This document shows positions 20,064-29,465 of a stretch of 64,000 nt of DNA, in pieces; the first letter of the stretch is position 1, and each line of letters starts with the position of its first letter. The position numbers were made by a program, and so were the translations under genes. The notes beneath the pieces were generated by a model. That model saw only the letters and a program-made list of their open reading frames with translations. It was not told the DNA's origin and did not search any database. The DNA is taken from NCBI GenBank assembly GCA_963822965.1, contig CAWGJT010000010.1, forward strand, positions 608,001 through 672,000, given 5' to 3'. This DNA is from an uncultured delta proteobacterium. GTDB lineage: Bacteria; Myxococcota_A; UBA9160; UBA4427.

Positions 20064-21118
20064 CGGCGGGTGGCATTCCCGCGACCATGCGCGCGCTGAT
20101 GTACCGTGCGCCGCGCAGGGTCGAGGTGGTGGAGCACCCGGTGGCGCCTCTGGGTCCCGAAGACGTGCTCCTGGCGGTGAGTCACTGCGGCATCTGCGGC
20201 ACCGATCTGCACACGGTGCTCGAGGGCATGTCGCGCCCGGACGTGATCGGCGGCCACGAGTGGTCGGGTCGCGTGGCGGCGGTGGGCGCGGGCGTGGTGG
20301 GCTGGAAGATCGGCGACCCGGCGCTGCCGCGACCGTCGCCGGGCTGTGGCGAGTGTCTTGCATGCCGGGCGGGGCGCCCCAGCGTGTGCGCGCAGCGCGG
20401 CACCATCGGCGACGGCGTGCACGGGCCGAACGGCGCGTTCGCGGAGTACGTGCGGGTGTCCGCCGCGGAGCTGCTGCGCGTGCCCGAGGGGCTCTCGCTG
20501 CGCGAGGCGGCCCTCGCCGAGCCGCTGGCGGTGGCGCTCCACGGCATCACGCTCTCGGGTGCTGCACCCGGCGACCGGGTGCTCGTCACGGGCGCCGGGC
20601 CCATCGGCATGCTCACCGTGGCGGGTCTGCGCGCCCTCGGCATCGACGACGTCACGGTGTGCGAGCCCGGCGATCGGCGCCGGCAGCGCGCCCTCGAGGT
20701 GGGGGCAAGCATGGGCTGCGTGCCCGAGGATCTCGAGACCCCCGTCATGCCGTTCACCCTCGTGGACGCGCCCTTCGACGTGGCCCTCGAGTGCTCGGGC
20801 AACCCGAAAGCCATGGAGGCGGCGCTCGGTCAGCTCCGCAGCCTGGGGCACCTCGTGCTGGTGGGAACCGGCATGCGCCGGCCCAGGCTCGACCACAACC
20901 GCATCCTGCTGAACGAGCTCGTGGTGACGGGCGCCTTCTGCTACGACGCCGACGGCGTCGAGCGTGCGCTCGAGCTTCTCGCGAGCGGCAGGCTCCCGAC
21001 CGAGCGACTGATCGAGCCCGACGACGTGCCCCTCGAAGGCATGCTCGAGGCCGCGGAGCGCTGCGCGTCCGGCGAGATTGCCGGCAAGGTGATGATCGTG
21101 CCGCACCCGCCGGCCTGA
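20060..21118 (+). CDS. Zn-dependent alcohol dehydrogenase (MDR family)
   Basis: CGICGTD, GHE, CGECLAC...C, EPLAVALH, GAGPIG. Confidence 0.9.
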   Translation: MTAGGIPATMRALMYRAPRRVEVVEHPVAPLGPEDVLLAVSHCGICGTDLHTVLEGMSRPDVIGGHEWSGRVAAVGAGVVGWKIGDPALPRPSPGCGECLACRAGRPSVCAQRGTIGDGVHGPNGAFAEYVRVSAAELLRVPEGLSLREAALAEPLAVALHGITLSGAAPGDRVLVTGAGPIGMLTVAGLRALGIDDVTVCEPGDRRRQRALEVGASMGCVPEDLETPVMPFTLVDAPFDVALECSGNPKAMEAALGQLRSLGHLVLVGTGMRRPRLDHNRILLNELVVTGAFCYDADGVERALELLASGRLPTERLIEPDDVPLEGMLEAAERCASGEIAGKVMIVPHPPA

Positions 21119-21149
21119 GGGCCCGCACCGGAGCGGGGAGGAGGACCCC

Positions 21150-21614
21150 ATGACCGCCGCCACCGAATCGATTCCGCGCTTCAACCACGTGGCGCTCTCG
21201 GTCCCGAAGGAGCTCGTCTCGGGCGACGGCGCCCGGGACCTGCTGCGCTTCTATGAAGAGGTGTTCGGCTGGGGCGCCATGCCGACGATGGTGAAGGAGG
21301 GCGAGCTGCTGGTGCTGCGCGTCCACAGCAACGAGCAGTTCGTCTATCTGCACGCCTCGGAGCATCCCCTCACCTGCCCGAAGGAGGATCACTTCGGGCT
21401 GCAGGTGGCCACGCCCGAAGCCCTCGACGCGGTGGTGGATCGCGCCCGCAAGTTCCGGGCCCGGGACGCCCGCGTCGAGATCAGCGACCGGCTCGCCGAG
21501 GACTTCCAGGTCCTGACGCTCCACAGCGTCTACATCCGCTACCTGCTGCCCATGCGCATCGAGCTGCAGTGCTTCGACTGGGCGGACGGCTTCGACGCGG
21601 GACGAACCGCGTGA
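21150..21614 (+). CDS. VOC-fold protein
   Basis: FNHVALSV, FYEEVFGW, DHFGL, IELQ. Confidence 0.7.
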   Translation: MTAATESIPRFNHVALSVPKELVSGDGARDLLRFYEEVFGWGAMPTMVKEGELLVLRVHSNEQFVYLHASEHPLTCPKEDHFGLQVATPEALDAVVDRARKFRARDARVEISDRLAEDFQVLTLHSVYIRYLLPMRIELQCFDWADGFDAGRTA

Positions 21615-21714
21615 GGCGCGAGGAGCCGAGGCAGTGTGTCAGCTCGGCTGCGGGCCGCTGGGCCGACGGCCATCGGGCCGACACCAAGGTCGCCAGGTGA
21701 TAGATTCGTCGGCC

Positions 21715-24168
21715 ATGCTTTCGCCGTACCGGGTGCTGGATCTCACCGACGAGCGCGGGTTCCTGGCGGGGAAGATTCTCGGGGAGCTCGGCGCCGACGT
21801 CGTCAAGGTGGAGCCGCCGGGGGGAGATCCGGCGCGCCGGCTGCCGCCCTTCCTGCACGGCGAGCCGGGGGGCGAACGGTCGCTGCGCTGGCTGGCGATG
21901 AACACCAGCAAGCGCGGCATCGTGGTGGACCTCGAGACCGAGCCGGGGCGGCGGCGCCTGCTGCAGCTCGCCGCCGAGGCGGACGTGCTCGTCGAGTCGG
22001 CGGCGCCGGGCACGATGGAGGCGCTCGGCGTGGGCTGGGAGGCCCTCCACGAGCGCAACCCCGGGCTCGTCTACTGCGCGATCACGCCGTTCGGCCGGAC
22101 GGGCCCGTACGCGGGCTACCGCGCCCACGACCTGGCGGTGGTGGCGATGGGTGGCAACGCGGGGATGACGGGCGCGCCGGACGGCCCGCCCACCCGCTGC
22201 AGCGCGCCCACCGCCTGGCTGCACGCCGCGCCGGAGGCCGTGCTCGGCATCGCGATGGCCCTGTACGCGCGGGCGCGCACCGGGCGCGGGCAGCTCGTCG
22301 ACGTCTCGATGCAGGAGTGCCAGCTGCGCAGCCTGCTCTCGGCGCCCGGGCAGTACGCGCTCACGGGCCGGCTCGGGCGCCGCAGCGGCGGGCGCGTGGG
22401 CCGCACCCGGGAGATCTGGCGCGCGAAGGACGGTCAGGTCTCGTTCGGGCTGCGGGGCGGTCCCACGCGCATCCCGAACCTCGTCGCCACCGTCGAGTAC
22501 ATGGGCGAGAGCGGGATGGCGCCGGAGTGGCTCCGCGACTACGACTGGAAGAGCTACAGCGCGCTCACCGTCTCCGACGAGGAGCTGGCGCGCATCGAGG
22601 GCGCCTTCGGGGCGTTCTTCGCCACCAAGACGATGGGCGAGCTCTACGAGGAGGCCCTGCGGCGTCGCATCCTGCTGGCGCCGTGCAACGACGCGCGCGA
22701 GATCCTGCGGCAGGCGCAGCTCCGCAGCCGCGAGCTCTTCCGTGAGATCGACTATCCGCATCTCGGCCCCGAGCCGGGGGCGAAGATCGAGCATCCGGAC
22801 TTCTTCGCCAAGGCGAGCCGCAGCCGTATCGGCATCCGCTGCCGGGCGCCGCGTCTCGGCGAGCACGAGGCCGCGCCCTGGGCCCGGCCCCGCTCGCCGG
22901 AAGCCCTCGCCCGGGTGGACGAGACGCCGGCGGACGGTGCGCCGGTCTTCCAGGGGCTCTTCCAGGGGTTGCGGATGCTCGAGCTGGGCGCGGGTGCGGC
23001 GGGGCCCGTGGCCACGAAGTTCTTCGCCGAGCACGGGGCCCGGGTGATCCGCATCGAGTCGGGGGTGCGGCCCGACTTCCTGCGGCTCCTGCACGTCACC
23101 GCCGAGAACCGGTACGAGCCCGACGTGCTCGAGCGGGCGCCGATGTTCGTGCTGCTGAACCCCGACAAGCAGAGCCTCACGCTGAACCTGAAGGAGCCCG
23201 AGGCCGTCGAGATCGTGAAGCGGCTCGCCCGCTGGGCGGACGTGGTGAGCGAGAACTTCGCGCCCGGCGTGATGGCGAAGTGGGGGCTCGACGCGGAGGC
23301 CCTGCGCGCCGAGAACCCGCGGCTCGTGGCGGTCTCCGGCTGCCTCTTCGGGCAGACCGGACCCCAGCGGGCCTATCCGGGCTTCGGCGGCCAGGGCTCG
23401 GCGATCGCGGGCTTCAACTACCTGACGGGCACGCCCGAAGGCGATGCCCACGGCCCGTACTCCACCATCACGGACTCGCTCACGCCGCCCTACGTGGCGG
23501 CCGCCATCGCGGCGGCGCTCCTCGAGCGCGATCGCAGCGGACAGGGCCAGTCCATCGACGTCTCCCAGATCGAGGCGGGGGTGTACAGCCTGTCCCAGGC
23601 GATCGTGCGCTTCAGCGCGAACGGCGAGGTGGAGGGCCGGCGCGGCAACCGCGACGAGATCGCGGTGCCCCACGGCGTGTATCCCTGTGCGGGGGACGAC
23701 CGCTGGGTCGCCGTCGCGGTGTGGGACGACGCCGACTGGCAGCGTCTGGTGGACGCCATGGGGCGCCCGGACTGGGCGAGCGAGCCGCGCTTCGCCACCG
23801 CCGCGGGCCGCCGCGCCGCCGAGGACGAGATCGACGCGGGGATCGCCGACTTCACCCGCCGCTCCGAGCCCCACGCGCTGATGCGCGAGCTGCAGGCGGC
23901 CGGGGTGGAGGCCGGGGCGGTGCAGACCTTCGCCGACCTGCAGGAGGACCCACAGCTCGCGAGCCGGGATCACTTCGTGGACGTCCGCCACGCGCACCTG
24001 GGCGAGGTGCGCCTCGAGCGCTGCGGCCTGCGGCTCTCCGAGAGTCCGGGGCGCATCGAAAGGCCGGGCCCGCTGCTGGGCGAGCACAACCGCGACGTGC
24101 TCGAAGGCATCCTGGGCCTGGAGCCGGACGAGGTGGACCGTCTCGTGGAGCGTGGCGTCGTCGCATAG
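21715..24168 (+). CDS. Tandem two-domain class III CoA-transferase (CaiB/BaiF family)
   Basis: Two repeats: RVLDL...LGADVVKVEPPGGD...NTSKRG and RMLEL...GARVIRIE...NPDKQSLTLNL...ENFAPG; C-terminal PLLGEHN. Confidence 0.9.
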   Translation: MLSPYRVLDLTDERGFLAGKILGELGADVVKVEPPGGDPARRLPPFLHGEPGGERSLRWLAMNTSKRGIVVDLETEPGRRRLLQLAAEADVLVESAAPGTMEALGVGWEALHERNPGLVYCAITPFGRTGPYAGYRAHDLAVVAMGGNAGMTGAPDGPPTRCSAPTAWLHAAPEAVLGIAMALYARARTGRGQLVDVSMQECQLRSLLSAPGQYALTGRLGRRSGGRVGRTREIWRAKDGQVSFGLRGGPTRIPNLVATVEYMGESGMAPEWLRDYDWKSYSALTVSDEELARIEGAFGAFFATKTMGELYEEALRRRILLAPCNDAREILRQAQLRSRELFREIDYPHLGPEPGAKIEHPDFFAKASRSRIGIRCRAPRLGEHEAAPWARPRSPEALARVDETPADGAPVFQGLFQGLRMLELGAGAAGPVATKFFAEHGARVIRIESGVRPDFLRLLHVTAENRYEPDVLERAPMFVLLNPDKQSLTLNLKEPEAVEIVKRLARWADVVSENFAPGVMAKWGLDAEALRAENPRLVAVSGCLFGQTGPQRAYPGFGGQGSAIAGFNYLTGTPEGDAHGPYSTITDSLTPPYVAAAIAAALLERDRSGQGQSIDVSQIEAGVYSLSQAIVRFSANGEVEGRRGNRDEIAVPHGVYPCAGDDRWVAVAVWDDADWQRLVDAMGRPDWASEPRFATAAGRRAAEDEIDAGIADFTRRSEPHALMRELQAAGVEAGAVQTFADLQEDPQLASRDHFVDVRHAHLGEVRLERCGLRLSESPGRIERPGPLLGEHNRDVLEGILGLEPDEVDRLVERGVVA

Positions 24169-24171
24169 ACG

Positions 24172-24190
24172 GCGAATCCTCCGGATTCGC
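24172..24190. terminator. Hairpin between convergent genes
   Basis: GCGAATCC-TCC-GGATTCGC, perfect 8-bp stem 3 bp after the CoA-transferase stop; no U-tract. Confidence 0.4.
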
Positions 24191-24211
24191 GGGGAGCGGG
24201 GAAGGGGAGCG

Positions 24212-24712
24212 CTACCCCGACGGCGCGACGAGATCCGGCCGGTACTCCGGGTGGTCGCTCAGCCACTGGGACAACGCCCGCATGGACTCCTCGTTCTGCT
24301 TGTTGATGAAGCGGTAGATCGAGGCCTCGAACCACCTCCAGGGCGCCTTCGTCAGGTGGTAGCGCTCCTCGAAGTGGAGCCGGGTGCGGTCCGGCGCGAG
24401 AGGCTCGAGGCGCACCCGTCCCGTCTGGTCGTTGCCCGGCTCGCGGGAGATCATCGTGTAGGTGTAGCCGCGGTCGGGAACCACGTCGGTCACCAGCTCG
24501 AGGGCCGCACCGCGCCGCCCGAAAGGCAGGGGATAGATCACGCGCCGCAGCAGGCCGTTTCCTCCTGCGTCACCCGGGTGCAGCACCTCGACCGCCAGCA
24601 CCATGGGCGCGTAGTCCGGCCAGCGGTCGTAGTCCTGCATGAGCGCCCACAGGCGCTCCGCGGGGTGCGGAAAGTCCAGCGAATAGCGGTGCTCGCGCAC
24701 GCCGGCGAGCAT
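24212..24712 (-). CDS. SRPBCC (START-like, polyketide cyclase 2) family protein
   Basis: AERLWALMQDYDRWPDYAP, ELVTDV..., helix-grip pattern; exact start uncertain. Confidence 0.75.
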   Translation of the reverse strand: MLAGVREHRYSLDFPHPAERLWALMQDYDRWPDYAPMVLAVEVLHPGDAGGNGLLRRVIYPLPFGRRGAALELVTDVVPDRGYTYTMISREPGNDQTGRVRLEPLAPDRTRLHFEERYHLTKAPWRWFEASIYRFINKQNEESMRALSQWLSDHPEYRPDLVAPSG

Positions 24713-24765
24713 ATGGACCGCGGCGCGCCCCTGCTACCCTGCCGCCGCGCCCCGGGAGAGCCCCC

Positions 24766-25989
24766 ATGAGCGAGCCCTTCACGTTCAACCCCATCGATCC
24801 CCGGGTTCGTCGCGACCCCTACGCGCTCTACGCGCGCGGGCGGCGCGAGCTCCCGGCCTTCGTCCACGAGGGGCTGCCCGTCAAGCTCACCTCGATCTTC
24901 CGCTATGCGGACTGCCAGGCGGTGCTGCGCGACACCGAAGGCTTCTCGAACGACTTCAGCCAGGCGCGCATGGTGCCCCCCGAGATCGAGGCCCTGGGCG
25001 AGGTGGGGCCGCCGAGCATGCTGGGCACCGACCCGCCCGTGCACACGCGCCTCCGGAGCCTCGTCAACAAGGCCTTCACGCCGCGCATCGTGCGCAAGCT
25101 CGAGCCGCGGCTGCGCGAGGTGGCGCACGCGCTGCTGGACGAGGCCCTCGAGGCGGGGGAGGTGGACCTGGTCGAGGCGCTCACGTACCCGCTGCCGGTG
25201 ACCGCCATCGCCGAGATCATCGGGGTGCCCCTGGCCGACCGCGAGCAGTTCAAGCTGTGGTCCGACCAGGCGGTGGCGAGCCTCGGGGTGGGCTTCTTCG
25301 CGCCGCCCTCCGTCGAGCAGGTGAAGCGGCAGGTGGCCCTCATCCAGGAGATGCACGGCTACTTCGTGCCGCTGGCCGAAGAGCGCCGCCGCCATCCCCA
25401 GGACGACCTGCTGACCGGGCTCGTGCAGGCCGAGCACGAGGGCTCGCACCTGGGACAGGACGAGATGCTGGCCATGCTCGTGCTGCTGCTGGTGGCGGGC
25501 AACGAGACGACGACCACGCTCATCGGCAACAGCGTGCTCGAGCTGCTGGCCCACCCGGGCGAGCTGAAGCGCCTGCGGGAAGATACCGGGCTCCTGCCCA
25601 CCGCCATCGACGAGGTGCTGCGCTTCTCGTCCCCGGTGCAGTTCGATCCGCGCCGGGTGACCGCGCCGACCGAGATCGCCGGGGTGCCGCTGGCCGAGAA
25701 CGACCTGGTCCTGTGTTGGCTCGGCTCGGCGAACCGTGACGAGCGCGTGTTCGATCGCGCGGACGTCTTCGACGTGGGCCGCGCGAAGAACCCGCACCTG
25801 GCCTTCGGCTTCGGCACCCACCACTGCCTGGGTCACAACCTGGCGCGGCTGGAGACCCGGGTGGCCCTGGAGGTGCTGCTGGAGCGAGCGGGCCACATCG
25901 AGCGGAGCGACGACGCGGAGCTGCCCCTGCACCCGAGCCCCGTCTTCAAGGCGGTGTCGAAGCTGCCCGTACGGCTGCGGGCGAGCTGA
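24766..25989 (+). CDS. Cytochrome P450
   Basis: DPPVHTRLR, AGNETT (I helix), EVLR (ExxR), FGFGTHHCLG heme ligand. Confidence 0.96.
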   Translation: MSEPFTFNPIDPRVRRDPYALYARGRRELPAFVHEGLPVKLTSIFRYADCQAVLRDTEGFSNDFSQARMVPPEIEALGEVGPPSMLGTDPPVHTRLRSLVNKAFTPRIVRKLEPRLREVAHALLDEALEAGEVDLVEALTYPLPVTAIAEIIGVPLADREQFKLWSDQAVASLGVGFFAPPSVEQVKRQVALIQEMHGYFVPLAEERRRHPQDDLLTGLVQAEHEGSHLGQDEMLAMLVLLLVAGNETTTTLIGNSVLELLAHPGELKRLREDTGLLPTAIDEVLRFSSPVQFDPRRVTAPTEIAGVPLAENDLVLCWLGSANRDERVFDRADVFDVGRAKNPHLAFGFGTHHCLGHNLARLETRVALEVLLERAGHIERSDDAELPLHPSPVFKAVSKLPVRLRAS

Positions 25990-26021
25990 AGGGCAGCGTG
26001 CGAGGGCGGGGCGCGCCGGCG

Positions 26022-26807
26022 CTACTGCCAGCGGCCGCGAGCGCGGTCCCATCGCGGGGGCGTGGGGCGGCTCCGCCAGCCGTGGTAGGGGTGGCGGGCC
26101 ACCAGCGCGCGCTTGCGAAAGACGAGCACCCCCAGCGCGCCCGCCGCGAAGCCGCCGACGTGGGCCCAGAACGCGACGCCTCCTCCCCCGCGGCCGAGGG
26201 AGAGCGCGCCGCCCACGAGCTGCACCACCAGCCAGTAGCCCAGCATGAAGTAGGCGGGCACGGCGACGCGGGTGACGTAGAAGCCGAGCCACAGCAGCAT
26301 GTGCACCCACACCCGCGGATACAGGACCACGTAGGCGCCCATCACGCCGCCGATGGCGCCGGAGGCGCCCACCATCGGCAGGCCCGACGCGGGGCTCGCC
26401 AGGATCTGGGTCCCTGCCGCCGCCAGGCCCGACAACAGATAGAAGACCCCGAATCGCACGTGGCCCATGGAGTCCTCGACGTTGCCGCCGAACAGGTAGA
26501 GGAACCACATGTTCCCGATCAGATGCAGCCAGCCCCCATGCAGGAACATGTGGGTGAGGAGCGTGATCGGAGCCGGCTGCCCGCTCAGCACGCAGCGGAG
26601 CCCCTCGCCGAGCGGGGTCTCGTAGCCTGCGGGCAGTCGGCCCAGCAGCTCGCCCGGGACGAGCCCCAGCTGGCAGAGCGAGCGGAGGAGCGCCTGCTCG
26701 CTGCCGGCGCCCTGCAGGCCGAACCAGGCCAGCACGTTCAGGCCGATCAGCCCGAGAGTGACGACCGGCGCGAGGATCTGGGGGTTCTCGTCGCGGATGG
26801 GGAGCAA
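26022..26807 (-). CDS. Rhomboid-family intramembrane serine protease
   Basis: MFLHGGWLHLIGNM, VGASGAI (catalytic Ser), AFWAHVGG (catalytic His). Confidence 0.93.
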   Translation of the reverse strand: MLPIRDENPQILAPVVTLGLIGLNVLAWFGLQGAGSEQALLRSLCQLGLVPGELLGRLPAGYETPLGEGLRCVLSGQPAPITLLTHMFLHGGWLHLIGNMWFLYLFGGNVEDSMGHVRFGVFYLLSGLAAAGTQILASPASGLPMVGASGAIGGVMGAYVVLYPRVWVHMLLWLGFYVTRVAVPAYFMLGYWLVVQLVGGALSLGRGGGGVAFWAHVGGFAAGALGVLVFRKRALVARHPYHGWRSRPTPPRWDRARGRWQ

Positions 26808-26828
26808 GGCGTCGTTCCGGCTCGGGGG

Positions 26829-27827
26829 TCAGCGGCTCGCGGCGGACGGCCCGGGCACCGGGGACCACGAGCCTCGGCGCGTGCGGCGGAGGCCGGCGTG
26901 GAAGGCGACGACGACGGCGATCCCGAGCAGGACCCGAGCGAGCGGCGTCAGGGCGGGCAGCGCGGTCGGGACGAGGGCGGCCGCCTCGGCGGACCAGTAG
27001 CTCGCCAGGAAGTCGAAGGGGTTCGGCAGCACGTCGTCGGTGACGTACACGAAGCCGGCCTTGCGGGCCGCGGCGAGCTGCAGGTCCTGGAGCATGTCGG
27101 CGCTCGCCGGCTCGCTGTGCACGATGTGGGCGAAGTGATCGGCGCCCCGGGTGGCGAGCCAGCTGGGAGCCGTATAGCTCGTGCGGTATGCGGCTCCCGT
27201 GTTCTCGAACGTGACGATGGTGTCGACGGACCCCGCATAGTCGGCCACCGTGAATCCCGAGGTGCCGCCGCTGGTGTCCTGGGTGAAGGGCGTGCCGGGG
27301 TTGCCGAAGACCCGCGCGCCCGCGTCCTTCGACTTCACATACGCGGTGAGCGTCTGGTAGTAGCCGGTGCTCGCCAGGTCGTTGCTCATCTCGTCGAGGA
27401 AGATGCCTCGCACGAGCACGCCGGCGCCCCGCCAGTAGGCCGGGTCGTAGTAGACGTCGATGTCGGCCTCCACCGCGGCGAGGGGGCGCGCGCCGAAGGT
27501 GGTGGCCACGTAGCCGTAGAGGCGGCCTCCGGCGGCGTCCAGGTCGACGGCGGGACCGACGCCCCCCACGTTCACGTAGTTGGGGTCGATGGGGGAGGTG
27601 CCCGGGCCGCTGGCCGGGTTGAGGATCGCGTGGATCGGCACGCTGCCCGACGCCGCCGAGGCGATGAGATCGGGCCACAGGGTGAGCCCGCCCGCGCAGC
27701 ACGGGTTCGCGTAGGCGGGGACCAGCAGCGCGGGGCCGGCGGTCTGGGCCGCGGCCGGGCCCGCCAGCAGCAGGAGCCCTGCGCCGAGCAGGCTCGCGAG
27801 CGCGATCCGGGGGGCGTGGAGGCGCAT
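26829..27827 (-). CDS. Secreted spherulation-specific family 4 (GH135-like) protein with IPTL-CTERM-like tail
   Basis: Signal peptide (...GPAAA/Q); VPAYANP, NPASGPG, GYVAT, GIFLDE, GNPG, VTFE, YVTDD...NPF...YW; C-terminus LPALTPLARVLLGIAVVVAFHAGLRRTRR. Confidence 0.85.
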   Translation of the reverse strand: MRLHAPRIALASLLGAGLLLLAGPAAAQTAGPALLVPAYANPCCAGGLTLWPDLIASAASGSVPIHAILNPASGPGTSPIDPNYVNVGGVGPAVDLDAAGGRLYGYVATTFGARPLAAVEADIDVYYDPAYWRGAGVLVRGIFLDEMSNDLASTGYYQTLTAYVKSKDAGARVFGNPGTPFTQDTSGGTSGFTVADYAGSVDTIVTFENTGAAYRTSYTAPSWLATRGADHFAHIVHSEPASADMLQDLQLAAARKAGFVYVTDDVLPNPFDFLASYWSAEAAALVPTALPALTPLARVLLGIAVVVAFHAGLRRTRRGSWSPVPGPSAASR

Positions 27828-28023
27828 CGCGACGGACCTCCGGTTCGGGTGGGCGGACTCGGGGCTTCTCATGGGACCGCGGCCCACGATAGCCGAGGCG
27901 GCCGGCCGGTCCCCGGCGCCAGGGGCTTGGGTCCCGCTGCGCTCGTGGCCTCGGCGTGGCGCCTCTCCAATGGGGTGATCGAGGGCGTCCGGGGAATCCC
28001 GCAGCACAGGGAGTGCACTCGCG

Positions 28024-28494
28024 ATGACGAAGAGCCCGCGGCGGATCGTCGCCTCGCTGATCCTGGCCGCCGGGCTCGGGCTGCTGCCCGGGACCGTGCG
28101 CGCCCAGGGAGGCGCGCTCCTGCCCGATTCCGGGCTGGTGGGAACCGTCACGACGACGGCCCCCCTGGCGTTCTTCACGTTCAGCGGCAGCGCGGGAGCC
28201 CAGGTCGATCTCGCCGCGATGGGTCTCACGCAGCCCCTGCTGCCCGTCGCGACCCTGAGCTCGCCCACCCAGCAGCTCCTCGCGTCGAGCATGGCCGACG
28301 CCCGCAATCCCGACCTGCAACGGATCGCACTCCAGCTGCCACAGGATGGCATCTATACCGTGCTGGTCAGCGGCGGCGTCGGCGACTTCGTGGGTCCGGC
28401 CGGCTGCACGGGCGTCCCCGAGCCCGGGGACACCGCGATGCTGCTGGCGGGATGCCTCGGCCTCGCCGCCCTGCGCCGCCGGCCCGGGGGATGA
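28024..28494 (+). CDS. Small PEP-CTERM protein, possible PPC-like beta domain
   Basis: Signal peptide (...TVRA/Q); FTFSGSAGAQV...LPQDGIYTVLVS; VPEPGDTAMLLAGCLGLAALRRR. Confidence 0.8.
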   Translation: MTKSPRRIVASLILAAGLGLLPGTVRAQGGALLPDSGLVGTVTTTAPLAFFTFSGSAGAQVDLAAMGLTQPLLPVATLSSPTQQLLASSMADARNPDLQRIALQLPQDGIYTVLVSGGVGDFVGPAGCTGVPEPGDTAMLLAGCLGLAALRRRPGG

Positions 28495-28515
28495 GCCGGT
28501 CCGCCCGTGCTCGCT

Positions 28516-29253
28516 TCAGGAGCGAGCCGGGCCGCGCACGCGGCGGGTCTGCCGCCAGGCGGCGAGTCCCGCGAGACCCCCCATCGCGAGCAGGCCCGAG
28601 GCCGGCTCGGGCACGGCGGTGAACGTCGCCGAGAAGATCGTCTGCGCACTGGCCGTCGTCGCGCCCTCGAAGCTGTGGAAGTGGGCGTTGCCCTGTGCGG
28701 TCGCGAACAGCCGATAGAGTCCGGCGTCGAGCCGGCGAAGCTCGTCCACCGTGAAGTCCGAGTAGTCGAACTCGCCCTGGATCCGATAGTCGAAGACCGG
28801 CACGAAGTCCGCGAGCCCGCTGTCGAACGCGTAGAGGGCGACCTGCGACCTCCCTTCGGCCGGGAAGATCGGCGACCGCTGCTCGAGGACGGCCTGGAGG
28901 TCGAACCACGCTTCCTCCCCCAGCTCGAAGTCGAGCGAGAAGGTGGAGCTCTCGGAGCCGGTGAGCTCGTTGTCGAAGTCGATGATGAAGCCGGAGGCCG
29001 ACAGGTCGCCAGAGAGGGTGCTGGGTCCGATCTCGGAGTGGTGCCGGCCCGCAACGTCGAAGGTTCCAAAGTCCATCGCGCTCAGCGTGGGCTCGCCCGT
29101 CCGGGCGAAGAAGCGGCTCTGGGCGACGGGCACGATCTCGAGCGCCGAGGCGGCGCCTGCCGGGACGAGCGGCAGGAGCAGCAGGAACAGCAGGTACGGT
29201 CGCGCGCGAGATCGGATGCTTCCGGGTGTCGGGAGGAAATGGGTGACGTGCAT
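28516..29253 (-). CDS. PEP-CTERM protein of unknown function
   Basis: Signal peptide (...GAASA/L); aromatic and acidic beta-rich body; VPEPASGLLAMGGLAGLAAWRQTRR. Confidence 0.82.
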   Translation of the reverse strand: MHVTHFLPTPGSIRSRARPYLLFLLLLPLVPAGAASALEIVPVAQSRFFARTGEPTLSAMDFGTFDVAGRHHSEIGPSTLSGDLSASGFIIDFDNELTGSESSTFSLDFELGEEAWFDLQAVLEQRSPIFPAEGRSQVALYAFDSGLADFVPVFDYRIQGEFDYSDFTVDELRRLDAGLYRLFATAQGNAHFHSFEGATTASAQTIFSATFTAVPEPASGLLAMGGLAGLAAWRQTRRVRGPARS

Positions 29254-29285
29254 GGGTGTCTCCAGGTTGGCCGGTGACGGCTCTG

Positions 29286-29304
29286 TGTGTCAGGCCTGTG
29301 TCAG
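29286..29304. promoter_or_regulatory. Direct repeat TGTGTCAG x2 with 11-bp period (OmpR/PhoB-type operator candidate)
   Basis: TGTGTCAG at 29286 and 29297, 33-51 bp upstream of ATG 29253. Confidence 0.35.
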
Positions 29305-29465
29305 TCCCAATCTACGCGAGCCCTCGTGCCTTCGACAAGCAGGATTCTTCGATGGGGCCCCGGGGGCGGACGCCCTGGGCCGGGTGTGGGCCGAAAGCCG
29401 GTTCTCGGGGCGGCTGGGGCGAGGCTTCGGGGTCTCGCGGGTGTCCGGCGTCGCGCCAGCTCGGC

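Noticed and set aside
24538..28320. 1260-aa minus-strand ORF
   Set aside because: Arg/Pro/Gly-rich shadow overlapping the P450, rhomboid and spherulin genes; no motifs
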